A stretch of DNA of 63,731 bases, the filler included, from Circinaria calcarea (lineage: Eukaryota), in the NCBI GenBank assembly GCA_051942165.1. It is 19 parts of 19 records of this genome, joined end to end, with 100 filler letters (N's around TTAATTAATTAA, not from the genome) between each part and the next. Parts side by side here need not be neighbours in the genome. Positions count along the whole stretch, not along the records: positions 20,217 to 23,480 come from JAVECS010002929.1; positions 23,581 to 26,842 come from JAVECS010002930.1; positions 26,943 to 30,204 come from JAVECS010002931.1; positions 30,305 to 33,564 come from JAVECS010002932.1; positions 33,665 to 36,923 come from JAVECS010002933.1; 14 more parts are not named here. One strand, written 5' to 3'. Every line of letters starts with the position of its first letter. Within the stretch, counting starts at the first letter, position 1. Made by a program: the position numbers and the translations under genes. This document shows positions 22,862 to 35,908 of this stretch, piece after piece. The notes under the pieces were generated by a model, which was not told the origin of the DNA, ran no database searches, and saw only the letters and a program-made list of their open reading frames with translations.

Positions 22862-23480
22862 TCAGTGCCTCCAAATCCTGACCGTCTTGTCCTTCCCTCC
22901 ACTGCCGACTCTCGCGCCATCCGGGCTCCAATCCACGGCGAAGACCTCATCTTGATGCCCGATCAAGTCCTCTTTCATCTTTCCCGTCGCCATATCCCAG
23001 ACTTTGCATGTGGTATCTTTGGAGGCGCTGACCTGATACGACGTGAGCCAAGTTCTGGCTTGGTAGAGTAAGATTCCACTCACCAATAAGCGACTGTCTG
23101 CACTGAAAGAGCTCATGTATACCGGTCCAACATGACCTCTTAGTGAATACAGAAAAGCACCAGTGGAGGCGTTCCAGAGTTTGATGTGGTTGTCGAAAGA
23201 AGAGGATGCAATAAGGGTTCCTGAAGGGGAAAACGTCACGTGATTCACCTGCTTTTGGTGGCCGAGAAGGCGGGCGATGGGTTTCTGAGTGGTGGATGGA
23301 GACCAGAGGTAGATGGTAAAGTCATCAGATGCCGAAACAAGCCTACACGGTATATCAGCAAAGAGTTGTAAGCCTTCCTGTTGAGAATGCCTGGTAGATT
23401 CACTTCTCGACTATATCGCCAGCTATGGTGGCGGAGGTGGTAAAACGGGAGTTGGCTTTGGCAACTTTTTCTTGATCCGA
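22862..23480 (-). CDS. RSA4: Ribosome assembly protein Rsa4/Notchless, C-terminal WD40 repeats (5'-truncated)
   Basis: LVSASDDFTIYLW..KPIARLLGHQKQVNHVTFSP, SSFDNHIKLW, LRGHVGPVY, DLIGHQDEVFAVDWSPDGARVGSGGKDKTVRIWRH. Confidence 0.95.
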
Positions 23481-23580
23481 NNNNNNNNNNNNNNNNNNNN
23501 NNNNNNNNNNNNNNNNNNNNNNNNTTAATTAATTAANNNNNNNNNNNNNNNNNNNNNNNNNNNNNNNNNNNNNNNNNNNN

Positions 23581-26520
23581 CTCTCGGCTAAAACGGACAG
23601 CACATCTTTATGCCCAAACGAACAGGCCACGCTCGCTGCTGTCGAGGAGGTTAGCGTCACTGCGTCGGTATTGGCCTCATGGTCGAGGAGCTGTCGGACG
23701 ATCTCGACGCTGCCCCGTTTCGCAGCGTGGTGCAATGCCGTCCACCCGGACTCGTCGGCTGCCTTCACGTCGGCGTTGGCAGCGAGGAGGGTCTTAACGA
23801 TTTTTGGAGTCGACACAGCCGCGGCGGCAATTATAGATGCGCCGTACAGTCCGCCCTTCTGTGACACGTCGACGTTGTAGTTCAGTAGATGCTTCACCAC
23901 CTCCTCGTGATTTCGCACGACAGCCGCCTGAAGTGGAAAGCCAAAGCGGCCGCCTGCGCAACCGCAGTCGAGGCCCTGATCCTCGAGCCATTTCATCACG
24001 TCGGTCAGACCCAGGAGAGAAGCGTAATAAATGGGTGTCTGTACTTCCCGGGACATGGACCTATCATGGCCCTCAGAATCTGTTTCTGAATTGGCGTCAC
24101 TCACACTAATGACGCCGTAACTCCACTCGTCCAGGTCCGAGACTGTCAGTTCGGCCTCCATGAGCGGCGTCCAGACTTTCCAGCTGGAGGTGGTAGGGTC
24201 GAACGCCTTTTGCGTCCGATGCATGATGTCCTGAGATGGCGTCGGCTTCTCGTGGAAGCTGTGGAAGTACCAGGCCCAGGCCGCGTAGGACAGGAAGGGG
24301 TAGATGTCGGTGTCTGACGGGATGTCCTCAAACGTGTTCAGTGTGAGATAGCGTAGACAAATATTGGAGAGTCGGATCTCCTCAGCCACCGCATCCACTA
24401 GACCAAGTTCCGCTGTCCACTGGTTGGGAGTGGCGGTGCTAGACAGATTGGATAGGTACTCATTGACGGAGAAGTGGACGAAGTGAACGGTATAGTCGGC
24501 TAGCGGTGTCTGCGATGAGCTCGACCTCAGCTGCAGAAGGGACCCGCATGGTCCCAGAATCATTTCCTTCACGTAGTCTTCTTCGACGAAGCCGTCGTGC
24601 CATGAATCCGGAAGATCGTCTTTCGGGTACTCGTATAAGTTGTCGTCTGATACCACTAGTGCTTTCGCCAGCTGCTTAACCTGGAGAGGTCGGACGGCAA
24701 ATAAGGTCCATCGTAGAACCATGACGGCCTTTTTTTTTTTGGCGGGTGGGAGCTGGACAATTTTCTCGAGCTCGCGGGAATAGGCATCGCTAATGCCCGA
24801 GGGCATTTTGCTGACCGTTTCGGTGAGCTGCTTAGCATTCTGTCCGGGCGAGATTTCCTGCTCCAGGAGCTTAATCCATAGGAACATACCTTCGCTTCTC
24901 TCAGCAGCGTGGCTGGAGATTTCTTGTCGCAGCTTTTCTGCTTTCTTGGAGAGCTTCTTGTTAACCATGAACTCCGAGAACAACTTCACGTCCGCAGTGG
25001 TGTTCTTGGCGGTAATCTGGTACTCAAGTCTCTTGACCGCATCATTGTCAGCCGCAGACTCTCGTCCCAAGTATTCCCTGATGTCAGGGACGTCTCTGCT
25101 GACCACCAGCACCCGCGACTTGGTTTTCTGCAGATGCTTGAGCAGGTCACAGAGGAATAGATTTCTCGGGTCGTTGCGATGGTAATGAGCACCTGTGTCG
25201 ATGTCTATACACTCGTCGAAGCCATCAATAATGAAAGTGCAGCCCTCGATGGCTTCCCCGATAGCAACAAAGAGCTGCCATAATCCAAAATGTGTTAGCG
25301 TTTGTTCATTGTTTCGTGCCTTATAGATAGAGTCCATAACTGACACGACCTTCTCGTCTTGCTCGAGCATTTGCGTCAGCCATGACCGGAGGATCATATA
25401 TGGATCGCGGGTGAGCTGATTATCGGCCACGCAGAAGAAGTATGATAGGGGAGCCTGCTTCTTTTGCTCCAAACATCGAATAATCCAAGCTGACATGAAA
25501 GTCTTGCCGAATCCAGCTGGCCCATGAATCCACAGCAGTCGTGCTCCAGGGCCCATGTCCGATTTCCATTCATGAAACTCGGGCAGCTGTAATGCCCACT
25601 CGCAGGTGCCGCTGTGATGGTACTGGAGGGCAGTTTCGTACACGTTCTTGGTATCGATACTGTTGATCCAGGCTGACAAGCGCTTGCGTCGCTCCTCGTT
25701 CGAGGCTTGGAAGTTTTCCACGTTCTGTCGGATGCTATTGATGATGTTGTCTAGCCTGACGCCGGTGACTTCATCTTGCACAAGGCACACGAGCTTATAT
25801 ACTTCGTTTTCATGCTTTTCAATACGAAGCATGGGCTCCTCGACTATCAATCTAGTAGTATTAAGTGTACTTTTAATAGCTCGTTCTATAACTAACGTTA
25901 GAATATAGCTTTTGGAATGGCCACACGATAGTCGTCAAATTTACTAAAGCTCCTCTGCCCGTAATATCGGCACGCATGTGCGAGGAATCCCAACGCAGAC
26001 CCATAGAGCTTGATAAGCGCAGCAGAAAGTTGCTTCGTGAGATTTGAAATCCGGATAAGAACCTTAGTCTCGAGCTCCGTGTACCTGGCGATGATACTTG
26101 AGATGGCTTCGACACTCTCGACCATAGTACCGAATGACTGGCAGTCGTTGACAGCTATCTAAAAGATTTAAGAGATAGGTCGGTTACTTGTCTGGTTTGC
26201 ACATCATTTACCTGAATAAGTGTCCTCACCGCTATCCACGGGATAGCTGCCTGAGCAGGATCGAACTGGACCGCCATATCTCCCACTTGTTTGAATTTTT
26301 CGAGCCAGTCGCACACCCTGCTCAGGAGGTCTCGGACCAGCACCTTCTCGCCCGCCTTGTTGGTGTAGAGTGTCCATTGTTTTTTCGCGCACTCCTTTTT
26401 ATTTTCGATAATTTGGACAATCTCGGAAGCTTTTGGGTGTGTTTCGCAAGGAGCGAAGATGAGCCCCTTTTTGTCCTTGTCGGATAAGGCGTCGAAGGCC
26501 TCATTCCAGAGGCTTGGCAT
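23581..26520 (-). CDS. Fungal NLR: NWD/NACHT_N + NACHT + ankyrin repeats (3'-truncated)
   Basis: SLWNEAF...KFKQVGDMAVQFDPAQAAIPW; Walker A WIHGPAGFGKT; Walker B FIIDGFDE; SEGMFLWIKL; HFVHFSVNEYL; ankyrins PLQAAV and GWTALHHAA. Two introns. Confidence 0.93.
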
Positions 26521-26559
26521 CGCGCCCTTTTGCGTTTGATTTTATCGGTAGTTATCGTC

Positions 26560-26842
26560 GATATAGGAAGCTTTATAAAATATATTATAATACCCTGAAA
26601 CGAAATGAAACGAAATAAAAAAATTTAATTTCGGCGGGAAATTTTCCGAACCGAATTAAAATTCTACGGTATTTTCACTCTGGCCTCAAAATTAATTTAA
26701 AAAAATTTAATTAAATTTAATTTTTTATTTTATTAAATTTAATTTTTTATATTATTAAATTTAATTTTTTTAATTTATTCGGGCGTATTAAATTTAACGC
26801 CGTATAATTTTATATTTAATATTATTTAATATTATATTATAT
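26560..26842. repeat. RIP-like AT-rich transposon remnant
   Basis: Very AT-rich with short GAAACGAAAT/CCGAA repeats, directly upstream of the NLR start. Confidence 0.55.
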
Positions 26843-27012
26843 NNNNNNNNNNNNNNNNNNNNNNNNNNNNNNNNNNNNNNNNNNNNTTAATTAATTAANN
26901 NNNNNNNNNNNNNNNNNNNNNNNNNNNNNNNNNNNNNNNNNNCGCACCAGCCGCACATATCACATCTGCCAGTTCTACCACAAGACCAAGCTAACCCCCT
27001 GTTACATTACAG

Positions 27013-27074
27013 AATGCAACTACGTCATCAAACACCGCTGCCTGGTGCCCTGCCACGGCGTGGACAACATGTGA
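27013..27074 (+). CDS. Terminal exon of an unidentified gene (CNYVIKHRCLVPCHGVDNM*)
   Basis: Branch site GCTAAC and CAG acceptor at 27012, followed by a C/G-ending codon-biased frame up to TGA. Confidence 0.55.
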
Positions 27075-28723
27075 AAAAGGACCGGACTTGGGTGTGTAGG
27101 AAATGGAAGAAGACCCGATAGAAAAGTAGGACACTAAGACTGAGACGGCGCTGGGAGTGGAGGAGCTCGGGAGGGGTGGGCAAGGGCGGAAAGAGGAAGA
27201 ATGCTAAGGAGATGAGGAAGGTCGGGGAAAAGTAAGAAGCTTGGAAGGAGTAAAGAAAGACCGGAAAGGGGAAAGGAGGATGTTTTAGTAGAGGTCCTCA
27301 AGGATGCTGGGGGGGAGAAGATGGACAAAAGGTGCGGAGGAGGTGGGTGAACAACTGGTTAAAGAAAGTTGGAGGTTAGAGAGACTCGGGCAAATTGAGG
27401 AGAAGAAGCTAGGGGGCAAGGCGATGGGATGGAATGAGTGGGCTGTTGAGAGATTTCATGGAAAGGAAAACAGAAACGCAGGAACCGGGGGGGTTTTGGG
27501 TCTCGACCCGTCGATCTCGTTTGTTTTGGTTTTTGAGGATTAGAAAAATGGTTAGAAAAGTTTCTAGGAAGGGGAGTTTTGGGAGATTACGGCTGGCTTC
27601 GGTAACTTTTGGTTGATGGGATGTGGTGCTTTTGGTTTTTGAATACTTACATCTTTGTTCTCCATTTGGGGAAATCTGGGAGTGAAGGGGGTTTGCTTTG
27701 GCTTTGGCTTTTGGATTGGCATGTGCAGCGAGGAAGTCATTGGTGTCACGTTATACCCCTTCTTTTCTTTCTTTCTTTTTTTTTTTTTACGGAAGGAAAG
27801 TGGATTGGTTTATCGAGGCAGGAAAACGGCTAGATTTCTCGTTTCCGAATTACCCTTTTTTTTTAAAAAAAAAACCCCCCCTATTTTTATCTCGTCTCCA
27901 TTTTTTTTGGAAAGTGGGGATAAAACCCAATCATTCTCAATATGCGTGCCTGACGATGTGATTGATCTCCCCCCCTCTTTTTTTTTCTTTTTTTTTAATT
28001 TTTTTTTAACCCCCCTTACTAACACCTCCCCCCACTTTCCACCAACCCCCTTCCCATAACTAAACAACTATTTCCAATAAATTTTTTTAATAATATACAT
28101 CATTAATATAAAAACCCCCAGCGAAAGAAATAACGCGCGGTGGTATTAGCCCCGAGTATTCGGGGTTTGAAATTTGAAGATTATTATAATTGCTGGAAAA
28201 ATAGATGAAAAGGGGGTGGGAGAAAGGGGGAAAAACCGGGGAGAGGAAAACGAAAAGGAAAAAAAGCGGTGGAAGGGTACTTAAAGGTATTCGGGATAGA
28301 GAGGGAGTGATGCACGAGACGTGGGTGACGGTTGCACGATCTCGCTTCAAGTTCTAGGCGGTACTGAAACCCCCCTCCGGACACTCTCCGGGGTAGAGTC
28401 GATGTCATGATATCCTGCAGGGCATGAGTCGATCTTGTTCACGGGAGACTTAGGAGAGAAGCGTGCGAGAAGGTGAAAATTGGAGATGGACGTAGGTCTT
28501 CGAGGACGTCGATTGGTAGTTGACTTGTTTCACAGACCCGAGGATATATGATAGGAAAGGAGAAAAGGGGCGCGATTAATGGGTGAGATGGGCTCGGTGG
28601 GAATGGCTCGCAAACTTCTCGAGAGACAATTTGTGGGATTTTGGCAGAACACTCAACTTACAGCTAATGCAAGAACGATGTTCATAGGATAGGAGTATCA
28701 TTACAACGCTGTTCAAGGAAAAT

Positions 28724-29887
28724 CTACCCATAGGAGTGGCGACCTCCCGCTGACAGCTCGCTTAATTCAAAATCCCTTTCGGTAGCAAGCTCGTTGAACT
28801 GTCTTTCACTAGGAAGTTCGTGCTTCCCGTAATTGACATCCCTATGGAAGCGCTGATTGTCGGGACTCAGCGGTTGTCCAGTTGTGTCAGTCGCGTCGTG
28901 ATACGATACAGGCGGGAACCTGTCGGCACTCATCCCCCGGGCCACTAGCTCGCCTTTCCTTTTCCCTCTTCTGTACAAGCAGAAGCCTAGTGCTGCAAAG
29001 GCCAAAACAGCCACAGCTGCGGCAATTCCGATTCCAGCATTTGCGCCAGCCGATAGACCTCTGGAGTCTGGAACATTTGGAGATGTATTTGTAGTTTCGG
29101 GCTCGCTTGATGAAAGGACAGACGATATTTGCATAGCAGATGTTTGTGCTGAATTCAAAGAAGCGGGTGTCGATATAATTGAAGCAGATACGGATGGGGA
29201 AGTACTCGAAGTAAATGGAGTGGCGGATCCGCTTGTGGATATAGATGTTGTGCTGGACGTAAACGTACTCGAAGAGGTAGAAGATGTACTTCCACCGGCG
29301 AGAGGGGTAAACTGACAACGGACCAAAGATGTGGTTTGGTTGAAGTTGCTCGGGCATTCAGTGAACTGAGGACAACATGCTTCGGTCGTTCCCTCTGCGA
29401 GCACAGCTATTTCCAACGGATCAGCCTCACGTTACTATTGCTCCCTTAATCAACCATTACCCACAGCATCTTACAGCGCCTGCAGCCGAGCAATCCGACT
29501 GCATGTCTGTATAGCACGCGCCATCCTCTTTCACGCAACAAAACCCTTGACCGAACAGTTGCTGGCATTGCGGGAAAGCGATGTTTACTCTGCTCGGCAC
29601 GCCTGATTTGCTAATATGAGTACGATGGCGGTATCAAGAGGGACGTACGCACAGCACAACGTATTTCCAGGAGTACATATTTGTGACACTGTTCCCGGAA
29701 TCGCGTCCGTACAGGCGTCCGTCTTCAACAAGGCTGAGCTACCAGGTCTCGGGATTTGCTGCAGGAAATCGAACGAGGAGAGGCCATATATGGCATTCTC
29801 TAGTGCCAACGATGCAGCAGACGTTGAGTAGAGTAAGGCCGTCAAGAGAAAGACAATAACAGAGCGACTTTGGAGTTGATGGAGCAT
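28724..29887 (-). CDS. Type I membrane protein, Mid2/Wsc-like architecture (signal peptide, Cys-rich domain, S/T stalk, TM)
   Basis: Signal peptide IVFLLTALLYSTSAA; Cys-rich exons (CTPGNTLCC, CQQLFGQGFCC, ACCPQFTECP); S/T tract; GLSAGANAGIGIAAAVAVLAFAALGFCLYRRGKRK; HELP/ELA tail motifs. Two introns. Confidence 0.85.
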
Positions 29888-31340
29888 TTTCTATTGAATA
29901 AAGAAGGGGAAAAGTACAACACCTGGAATCACACAGCAGAAGATCGCCTTCGACCACCAGGATCCATTTTAATTTTAACCTAGGAAACATGGCCCAGCGC
30001 TTGATGTGCAATCTCACTGGATGAATGCCGCAATCCTTCCCAAACTTATCTTGAAGTAACCCAATCAACCCTATTATGTGCAGTTCATGAACAACCGATT
30101 GGTACGGAGTTGGGACTGGTGGCTGAAGCCCTTGTCAGGAACAACGCCACGCTGAAATTGCATCCTCTTACTGATCATATCATGTTGATATCAGTCTCGA
30201 TAGGNNNNNNNNNNNNNNNNNNNNNNNNNNNNNNNNNNNNNNNNNNNNTTAATTAATTAANNNNNNNNNNNNNNNNNNNNNNNNNNNNNNNNNNNNNNNN
30301 NNNNTGGTGGTTCTCTTGGGACGAAAGGCCTTTGCTCACAGCAGCTATTGAATCTAATTGTGCAACCCATCTTTCTTACGAGTTGTCCTGGTGCAGGCCG
30401 TGATTGCTTCTGCGCGCCGTCCGGGGTTTGATCAATCAGTCAATCTCGACCGAGACTGGTCACTGGTAACTGCTGTAGCGGACGCAATTTGCGTATGTAT
30501 TATCCCTCATACAGGAAGCCAGAATGCCCTTGGTTGGGATGTGGATTTTCAGGAAGGGATGAAAAGGAGCCCCTGCTTATCGAGCCAAGCCATAGTAGAT
30601 TCAAGATACTATGTATGTCAAGCCTGAGCCCGGGACAGTCAGATTGATGCTGGACGGCTTTCCCATACACGCAGCTTTGTTCCAGCACGCCTTGGCGTGG
30701 CGGAGGTATACTATGGGCATTCCCTGGCGCATTTGATGAGGACCTTCTTTCGGAGCCAAATGAGTCTTTGATCAGGATCTGAACACGGAAGAGAGCGTCT
30801 TCGAACCAAATAAGGCGTAGAGCGTGTGTTGACGATGTTGAGCCTTTCTATCGGTACTATGCAAATTACTCTACTAGTACGCTTGAAGACACGGTTGAAA
30901 TTGATTGAATGGGTAGCTAGCTTTTGGATGGCTATTTACCTAGAGGGACCCTCCGTCATTCTGTCCACCTGCCTCAAGCTTTAACAGCTGAGACTTAGCT
31001 TAGCTATTCAAAATTCTTAAGCAAGCAAGTTATTCATCAAAGCTTGGCCATGACCCTGTTTCTAACAGGCAGATCCGGGGCTCGATTGGTTAGAATCATG
31101 GTCGGTTCGTCTCTACTGGTATATACTTGCATAAATACCCAATGCAGAATAGGATAAGCTTAATGTGTCTGCGAACTCCAACGCTGACCGCAACAGAGAC
31201 CTTCTATAACGATAGTGCTTTGCTATATTGCTAACGATATTCCTTGGGCTACTATCTTAAACTCGATTCAGAATAGAGATCTTTTTCTATCATCGTCGTT
31301 TGAGGGCATTTATCAGTCCATTTTATCCAGCTATCCTGCC

Positions 31341-33564
31341 ATGGAGGTTGTGAAGCGAGGTTTGCGATCAGTTCTCAAGTCTTGCGCAAGAGAGAGAGCG
31401 ACTCCTGGCACAACATCTCCTTTGGCATCTGGTTCAGGACTGAACAATACTGTACCAGGGAGGCCGCAGAGTCCGGTTGCAGATCCCATCCCTTTGACGG
31501 GGAGAATGCTATCAAGCACTACATCTAAAGATCTCTGGCGCAAAGCCATGTGCGAGCTCCCAGACGAGGATCAGGCTGCTATTCAGCAATCGGGCGCACT
31601 CTCGGAGCTAGATGTGCTCCAGCATTTATCCAAAATTGTCCAGGAGAAGCGAGATAACTGCGAGGCACTAGGCTGGAAAGTTGAGTTCAACGGTCGGCAG
31701 ATTGTTCTCCGCGACTTGGGAGATAAGGTCATCGTGTGGATCAACAAGTTCAAGGCAGTTGGCGACATTGCTGCAAACTTTGACCCAGTCCATGCTTCGT
31801 TGCCGTGGGCTTTGACGAGATTCTTACTTCAGGTATATTTGAGGCCATATCATTATGACATCGCAATGTGACGAAGCTAACACTTGAGGAGATTGCAGTA
31901 GTAAATAACGAGCAAATGGGGGCACTGCTTGTTGGCGTTGAAAGAGTGGCATACCTTATTAATCGGTGTAAGGTTTATGAGATTCTCTACCTCTACGACC
32001 ATCAAGCCACTCAATCCGAAGTCAATTTAGAGTCGGCTTTGGTTAAGTTATATCTCACCATCTTGAAGTTCCTTGTTATGGCGAAGGACTTATATAAGAG
32101 CTCTGGTAACCGAATTCGCCACGGAATTTTTAATCCTGAAAAGGTTAAGGGGTTCGCGGATAACTGTCGAAGTCTTGAGCAACAGGTGGAATTCGAAGTT
32201 AGTAATTGCGAGCGCACACATAGCCGGGCGATGCGCACTGAGTTGGGCAAAGATCGGAAAATACTCAAGCAAATGCTGGTGGAATTGGAAAGCGTGGAAG
32301 AACCGATTATGCGTACTGACGTTCGGGTAGCTGCTCTATTCAACAGCTTGAATGAGAGGGAGTGCTTTGAAGTGTTGACTTGGGTTTCGGATATTCCGCA
32401 CGATGGTATGCATTATACGGCTCGACAAGGGCGTACAGCTAGGACTGGCAAATGGCTACTGAGCCATGAAAAACTTCGCGCTTGGCAAAATTCTAATACC
32501 TCCACGATATTATGGCTGCATGGAATTCGTAAGTCGCTCTCTCAACAATCAGGTTTTGACATCCACTGATACAGTTACCAAGCTGGCGCTGGCAAAACCA
32601 AGCTCGTTTCAACAGTCATTGATGACTTGCTGAGTAACTGCCCGGGGAATGAAGGGTTGGCCTATTTCTACTGCAATCGCAATGAAATAGAGCGTCAAGA
32701 CCCAAGACTGGTATTGAGCAGCTTCGTAAAGCAGTTATCAACCTCTCGGACGACTGTCGCTGTTCACAACTCCCTCGCTAAGCTTTATGCAACTAAGAAA
32801 CGAGCAGGATTTCCTTCTGGGAAACTGAGCATTGAGGAGAGTCAGGACCTTCTTCTGGAGATAACCCAAAGCTATCCACAGACCACCCTAGTCCTAGACG
32901 CACTAGATGAGTGCGACAAGCAAACTCGGTCAAAGCTCGTTGCTACACTAGATACACTTGTTAGTCAATTATCGACAGTGATTAAAGTGTTGATTTCCTC
33001 CCGTGCGGATTCTGACATAAAGCATCGTTTTGAGGGTGGACCGAATGTGAACATCAGAGCAGTAGATAACGAAACTGATATAGCCAAGTTCATAGATGAT
33101 AAGATCAAGAACAGTCCGCAGTACTCACAAAGTCCAATAGAACGGTCCCTGGAGAGAGAAATTCGCCGCAAGCTTGTAGAAAAGGCTGGAGGCATGTAAG
33201 TTACATGCCACTCGCTTCACACAAAATCAAAGCCCATCTAATGTGGAAGAAATCTAGGTTTCAATGGGCAGCGCTACAGGTTGCCCAGCTACTTGAAGTA
33301 TGGCCACACGAACCTGATATTCGCGAGTACTTGGGGAAACTTCCAGAGACTCTTGAAAAGGCATATGACGACCTATTCACAAAAATCCGACTTCAGAAAG
33401 GAAGCGCGCCAAAATTTGCTGATCGGGCATTTCAGTGGGTTATGTGCTCCTGTCGTCCCTTGTCACCAGCAGAATTGGTTGCTGCTGTTTGTCAAGACCC
33501 CGACACCGATACAGTTAGGCCTGTGGATATTAACATTGACTATGTACTGGCAGCTTGCCATAAC
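31341..33564 (+). CDS. Fungal NLR: NWD/NACHT_N + NACHT (C-terminal repeats beyond contig end)
   Basis: DLWRKA...KFKAVGDIAANFDPVHASLPWA; Walker A WLHGI|PGAGKTKL split by an intron; Walker B LVLDALDEC; KAGGM|FQWAALQ; PLSPAELVAAV. Confidence 0.92.
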
Positions 33565-33664
33565 NNNNNNNNNNNNNNNNNNNNNNNNNNNNNNNNNNNN
33601 NNNNNNNNTTAATTAATTAANNNNNNNNNNNNNNNNNNNNNNNNNNNNNNNNNNNNNNNNNNNN

Positions 33665-33823
33665 AGTGTGGAGGTCTGATCCGCAGATGCCACAATGGGT
33701 GATTTTGATGTCCACGTCCGACTCTTGCCATGTCTTGGGCTCGTACGACTGCCATTGCATGTTTCCGTCAACAGCCTTGGGGTCAAGGCCCAACCAGCCT
33801 TGGAACTTATAATCGGTACTCAT
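33665..33823 (-). CDS. NADP-dependent zinc alcohol dehydrogenase (CAD/Adh6-like), N-terminus only
   Basis: MSTDYKFQGWLGLD...YEPKTWQESDVDIKITHCGICGSDLHT, containing the Zn-ligand CGICGSD. Confidence 0.9.
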
Positions 33824-34722
33824 GACGGATGATAATGAAAAGTAGTGGTACTATGAAAGAAATCTTCTCTCTGCGAACCTGGAGTCTTCAAAGAGAAATG
33901 GTGGAACGGAGAGAGAGAGATCTGTACATATAGGGAAAATATTTCTCTATACCCCCATGTCCTTTTCATCGTTCCTCCCGGCTCTGACGCAATTGACCTC
34001 CACATAGTCCTGAACTATGCGTACAAGCGTTGTAGCTAGCCACCGAACTCTTCTCCGTATTATAAGTGCCGTACCCAGAATAATCCAGAATAATGAGATC
34101 ATTCTTTTGGCGGCTGAAGTTAAGTAAGAGGCCGGAATTAAAAGTTCTTAAAACCGAAACCTTCTCGGCGGTTCCTTCCCGCCAAAGGCAAGATAAAGTG
34201 CTTATGGCCTGCATAAAACCCTGCTCTTTGACAGTTGGATCAATATCGGCGTGCGATACCACAGAACAGGGGATTTGTCATAATCCCAATGTCTTCTGCA
34301 AAAACCTTTGCGGCCCAAATGCCGTCGAATAAAGATCATGCAACTCCAGAAGAACTTCACCCCATTGAAACCGCGGCCTAAGGCTCTACTACTAGTGCTA
34401 CTGAAAATACTTAGGGCCGTACAGAAATCTATGTCCCTTGCTCTGCGAGAAAAGAGTCGGCTCGTGCCTGAGCTAGCCACATTGCCACTCCGAAACACGT
34501 GAATACCGTTTGCTATTTCGCTCGAGTAATCTGACCATTCGTAATCGCCTAAATTGCAGCTACTCCTACCCCTTGTCCGCGCTAAACCCCATTCTACCCT
34601 TTCTAAAAATCAAAACTCTCCATTCCATCCATCCCAATCCTACCATCATCCAACCCTCTCAACCAATCCCCAAAACCCCCTCCTCAAACAAAACCGGAAC
34701 AAGAAACAACAAAACGACCAAA

Positions 34723-35047
34723 ATGCCACCCAAACAACGCCTCCCCCAAGCTGCCCCCACCCTGTCCATAGCCTCTTCTCCCGCGTCCGCAACCGATTAC
34801 CTCGCCGCCTTTTACCGCGGACTCACGGCGCCGGAGAACCAAAGCGTGGTGAGGAGTGTGGCGATGTTCGGGGTACGTAAATATTGAAAGCCCTTGGGGG
34901 AGAGGAAAAGGAAAGGGAAAGAAAGGAAAGAGAAAGAGGCAGGAGAGCATGGAGGGAGAGAGCTAGAGCTAACGCGAAGTGAAATCCGCACAGGCCGCCG
35001 TCGCCTTCTTCGCCAGCAGCTGGAGTGAGGTGCTAGTGCCCTCGTGA
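34723..35047 (+). CDS. TOM6: Mitochondrial TOM complex subunit Tom6
   Basis: Exon 34723-34872, intron 34873-34993, giving FYRGLTAPENQSVVRSVAMFG|AAVAFFASSWSEVLVPS*, the filamentous-fungal Tom6 signature. Confidence 0.88.
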
Positions 35048-35908
35048 GTTCCCCTTTCCCCCTCTCCCCTTTCTTTTCTCCTTCTCCGCATCGGGTTTCT
35101 TCCTTTTCTTTATCCCTTTCTAAGAAGGAAGGGAGTTGGGGAATTGTATGAATAATAAGAAATTCCGGGGGCCCCTCCCCCGAAGTGGAGAGAGTTGGAA
35201 CGACGGGGCAGTTTGGGGAATTGAGTGCATACCGGGAACAGAGGAGGAGAGTGGAGAGAGGCGGGCGAGAACCACATCCCAAACGAGAATAAACAAGCTA
35301 ATTATAATCCCCCATCGAGGGGGGGAGGGACATCTAGGGTCTAACTAAAGCCCGTGCCTTGGCTTCAAGAAGTCGAAAATGGCCATGAGGGAGAACTGGG
35401 GGGATATTTCGCGCTCATCGAGTGAAGAAAGAAGGACAAAGAAAAGAAGGTGGGGAAAAATAATACGAGGGAGGGAATGTGCATTGGTGTACGACCCAAA
35501 ACGGGGAGTTGGGGTGACAAGGGGGTTATGGCATATTTTGCACGGAATTTAGAGGGGGGGGGGGGAAGGGGGAAAGGGAATGGAATAGGGGTTAGAGGGA
35601 CTGGGTCGGAGGGACTGGCTATGTAGCGAATATCTCGGACAACCTTTTTGTCCACGAGGTGTTAAAGGGGAAGGTTTGATGCTGATGATTTAATTTTCTA
35701 ATGACATCGGGAGGCCTGAAAGGAGACTCCTCGATCTAGTTGTAAAAGGTGCTAGATATCCAAGGTTCCTTCATTCCGCTGACGTCGGGCTGAAACGTTT
35801 GCCATTCGGAGTCTCTTCAAGGGTCGTCGCACACTGCTAAAGGATGTATGCCACAACTGTAAAAGTTGAATGAGCTCAACTCCCGCCCGTCACATTCTTC
35901 CAACGTAA

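Noticed and set aside
20217..23480. Secondary-metabolite cluster around the 2OG-Fe(II) dioxygenase
   Set aside because: Its only visible neighbour is the housekeeping gene RSA4, and there is no backbone enzyme on this contig.
27564..28408. Several Phe/Lys/Pro-rich ORFs
   Set aside because: They are products of homopolymer-rich low-complexity sequence, with no splice or codon support.
16851..33564. An apparent NLR/immune gene cluster (ankyrin, NACHT-ankyrin, NACHT)
   Set aside because: The genes lie on separate contigs joined artificially, so there is no evidence of physical linkage.
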